Source: Mytilus edulis (Eukaryota). Taken from it: DNA of 64,000 nucleotides. Under the pieces are notes generated by a model that had not been told where the DNA came from, searched no databases, and was given only the letters and a program-made list of their open reading frames with translations. The stretch covers positions 70,804,001 through 70,868,000 of the forward strand of contig NC_092347.1 of NCBI RefSeq assembly GCF_963676685.1. The letters are read 5' to 3'. A program made the position numbers and the translations under genes. Shown here piece after piece: positions 62,501 through 64,000 of the stretch; the first letter of the stretch is position 1, and each line of letters opens with the position of its first letter.

Positions 62501-63724
62501 ACCCTCAGATCTGTACCTGTATGTGTCTTTTTGTTGTTCGGATGTACAAGTACTCGTCCACGTCCACTTGTATTTGTATCCATTTGATGAGTTAAGCCTT
62601 TTTAAACTAATTTTTATAGTTCGTTCTAATGTTGCACTGTTATACCACTGTCACAGGTTATGGGGAGTGTTGGGATCCCGCTAACATGTTTAACCTCGCC
62701 ACATTCTGTATTTATGTGCCTGTCCCAAGTCAGGAGCCTGTAATTCAGTGGTTGTGGTTTGTTTATGTGTTACATTTTCGTTTTTCGTTCATTTGTTTTA
62801 ACATAAATTAGGTCGTCAGTTTTTTCGTTTGAATTGTTTTACATGATCATTTCAGGACCTTTTATAGCTGACTATGCCGTATAAGCTTTTCTCATTGTTG
62901 AAGGCCGTAAGGTGACCTATAGACGTTTATTTCTGTGTCATTTTGGTCTCTTGTGGAGAGTTGTCTCATTGGTAATCCTACCACATCTTCTTTTTTATAT
63001 AATCATGAAACATTTAAACAACCAACAAAGAACGCATTATTATCATTTTTATGGTAATTATTCTCCGTATAAAACCATATTTTGGTGTACCCTGTAAATT
63101 TTATAAAATTGTGACAACAGGAACTTAGCAAAACATACATAATTATAAGATGCAATGATTTTTCTATACATTTCAAATCAATTTAGTTGTATGGTTTTTT
63201 TCCCCGTTCACTTTAACTCGGAGGACATTTTTTAACATTGGACACCCAACTCGATATTTCAAATAGAATGACCCAAACCAATTCAATGTACACACATGTT
63301 TCTTTTAATGAATGTGAAAATTACCTATAACATATTAATTAAAATGGAAATAGATAGTAATTCAGTAGTAAATTTGACCTTTACGGGACGGATCTATAGA
63401 TATAACGTACTGTGGATTCATTTATTTTCGTGGGTATAAATTTTCTTGGATTGCTGAAAACTTGCATTTTCGTGGATATTTGATTTCTTGGTTTTGACAA
63501 TCCCTGTATACAAGGCTTTTGAAAATATGTTATTCGTTGAACATTTGAATTCGTGGTTCACATGTACCCACGAAACCCACGAAAATTGATATCCAACGAA
63601 TAATAATGAAACCACAGTAATTACTTTCAATATTAAGCCTTTTAATGATCATATAGTATTTGTATAAATTCCTATTTTGAAATGAAAAGTATTTGTAAAA
63701 TTACCTTTTCTCTTTCTCCGCCAT
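50444..63724 (-). CDS. Cytosolic sulfotransferase (SULT1-like), copy A, intact, 291 aa, 6 coding exons
   Basis: Exons 63724-63705, 60396-60242, 58272-57955, 53623-53520, 51495-51330 and 50556-50444 (20+155+318+104+166+113=876 nt). All introns are GT-AG with matching phases. Motifs: 5'-PSB loop MKSGTHW, catalytic THLP, 3'-PB YLNRNPKDRAVS, C-terminal RKGIIGDWKNLFTVAQNE. Confidence 0.92.
51330..51495 (-). CDS. SULT copy A exon 5
   Basis: ATIPTIRELATFLG..IADKCSFTNMK..VIWRKG|gtaatg. Confidence 0.9.
52270..52727. mobile_element. MITE with 4-bp TSD
   Basis: TIRs GGTCCGAGACCACAATT / AATTGTGGTCTCTGACC; TGAT on both flanks. Confidence 0.75.
52790..53190 (+). repeat. SINE-like interspersed repeat
   Basis: Same family as 15469-15737. 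Confidence 0.7.
53520..53623 (-). CDS. SULT copy A exon 4
   Basis: DSVYGGWFSFTKEFEKAVSQKRNNILPITFENLIT; 104 nt, AG/GT bounded. Confidence 0.88.
55709..56592. repeat. AACGGA/TCCGTT motif-rich DNA-transposon-like fragment
   Basis: Dozens of AACGGA(C) motifs in direct and inverted blocks; ends ..GGTGTGACCAAGGC-TTA. Left terminus not seen. Confidence 0.6.
56621..57067. mobile_element. Fold-back (palindromic) MITE with TAG..CTA termini
   Basis: The outer ~75 bp are perfect inverted repeats (TAGAATGAAATTCAAAACAGTGTGGCTGTGGCC..); complementarity continues almost to the centre. Confidence 0.85.
57069..57540 (-). repeat. Interspersed repeat whose 5' end is the post-cleavage part of the hammerhead repeat
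   Basis: Minus strand begins atctggagtattgaattttaaacctggtgcctttt (cf. gtctggcgta..aatcctggt) and contains the CCAAGTCAGG core. Confidence 0.55.
57955..58272 (-). CDS. SULT copy A exon 3
   Basis: GTHWVHEIVSML..PRFFQTHLP..IIYLNRNPKDRAVS..FVLN; AG/GT bounded. Confidence 0.93.
59115..59180 (+). ncRNA. Degenerate type I hammerhead motif
   Basis: gagcgtcaCTGATGggtcttttgtagaaGAAAtgcgcgTCtggcgt. Other decayed copies at ~7782-7815, 25445-25490 (-), 29594-29640, 51851-51890 and 58825-58857. Confidence 0.6.
60242..60396 (-). CDS. SULT copy A exon 2
   Basis: ttttcag|..KVRPFYPFNEYEGMTLP..NFNSRETDVLMCSAMKSG|gtaat; 155 nt as in copies B and C. Confidence 0.9.
60620..61280 (+). mobile_element. Tandem (~1.8 x ~370 bp) non-LTR retrozyme-like array with two hammerhead motifs
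   Basis: The unit repeats at 60625 and 60992. Hammerheads at 60831-60876 (core intact) and 61204-61246 (decayed). Confidence 0.82.
60831..60876 (+). ncRNA. Minimal type I hammerhead ribozyme motif (best-preserved core in the window)
   Basis: gtgtca-CTGATGA-GTCT.tttgt.AGAC-GAAA-CGCGCG-TC-ggcgt. All core nucleotides are present; one base of stem I after the GTC site is deleted relative to sibling copies. Confidence 0.75.
62460..63000 (+). repeat. SINE-like interspersed repeat (longest copy)
   Basis: Same family as 33560-33955. Confidence 0.75.
63410..63617. mobile_element. Mariner-like MITE
   Basis: TA|CTGTGGATTCA .. TGAAACCACAG|TA. Confidence 0.75.
63705..63724 (-). CDS. SULT copy A exon 1 (MAEKEK-R)
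   Basis: ATGGCGGAGAAAGAGAAAAG|gtaatt. Paralogous to copy C exon 1; phase 2 fits exon 2. Confidence 0.75.
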
Positions 63725-64000
63725 TATTCAAGTTTCAATCTACCAAAGCAAGCGTATCAACAATATAGATATTACAATAAAATGTACTTAAAGTGACAAT
63801 GTCTAAAACTTGATATAACAATCTTGTGTATTCGATATACTTAAAACTTTTAAATGTACCAAACACCTTTTAAATGATGAGTGCAATGAGGTAACTTTAA
63901 TTTAAAACGTAAATAAAATTATAACACAAGTCACAAGATTTCTAGGTTAATGCATGGTTAACGAGTGGTTATGTAAGTCATTGAACCAGGTTCAACTCAC

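Overview
AT-rich eukaryotic (metazoan) genomic DNA. The repeat families resemble those of a bivalve such as Mytilus, which is an inference. The core of the window is a minus-strand tandem cluster of cytosolic, PAPS-dependent sulfotransferase (SULT1-like) genes, each with 6 coding exons that I reconstructed by hand with matching splice phases. Copy A (63724-50444) is intact at 291 aa. Copy B (41235-30431) has a 302-codon frame with one in-frame TAG in exon 4 and a GC-AG last intron. Copy C (18534-4110) is intact at 296 aa. An orphan terminal exon plus 3' UTR of a fourth, mostly deleted copy lies at about 20130-20563. Introns and spacers are packed with transposable elements: a decayed APE-RT LINE, Penelope-like RT fragments, Helitron/Helentron elements, and PIF-, Mariner- and Kolobok-like MITEs, several of them nested. 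About a dozen copies of a repeat carrying a minimal type I hammerhead ribozyme motif (retrozyme-like) are also present, including a ~370-bp tandem dimer. Every intronic copy with a ribozyme core that I found is antisense to the SULT transcripts. I saw no prokaryotic features, tRNA, rRNA or CRISPR.
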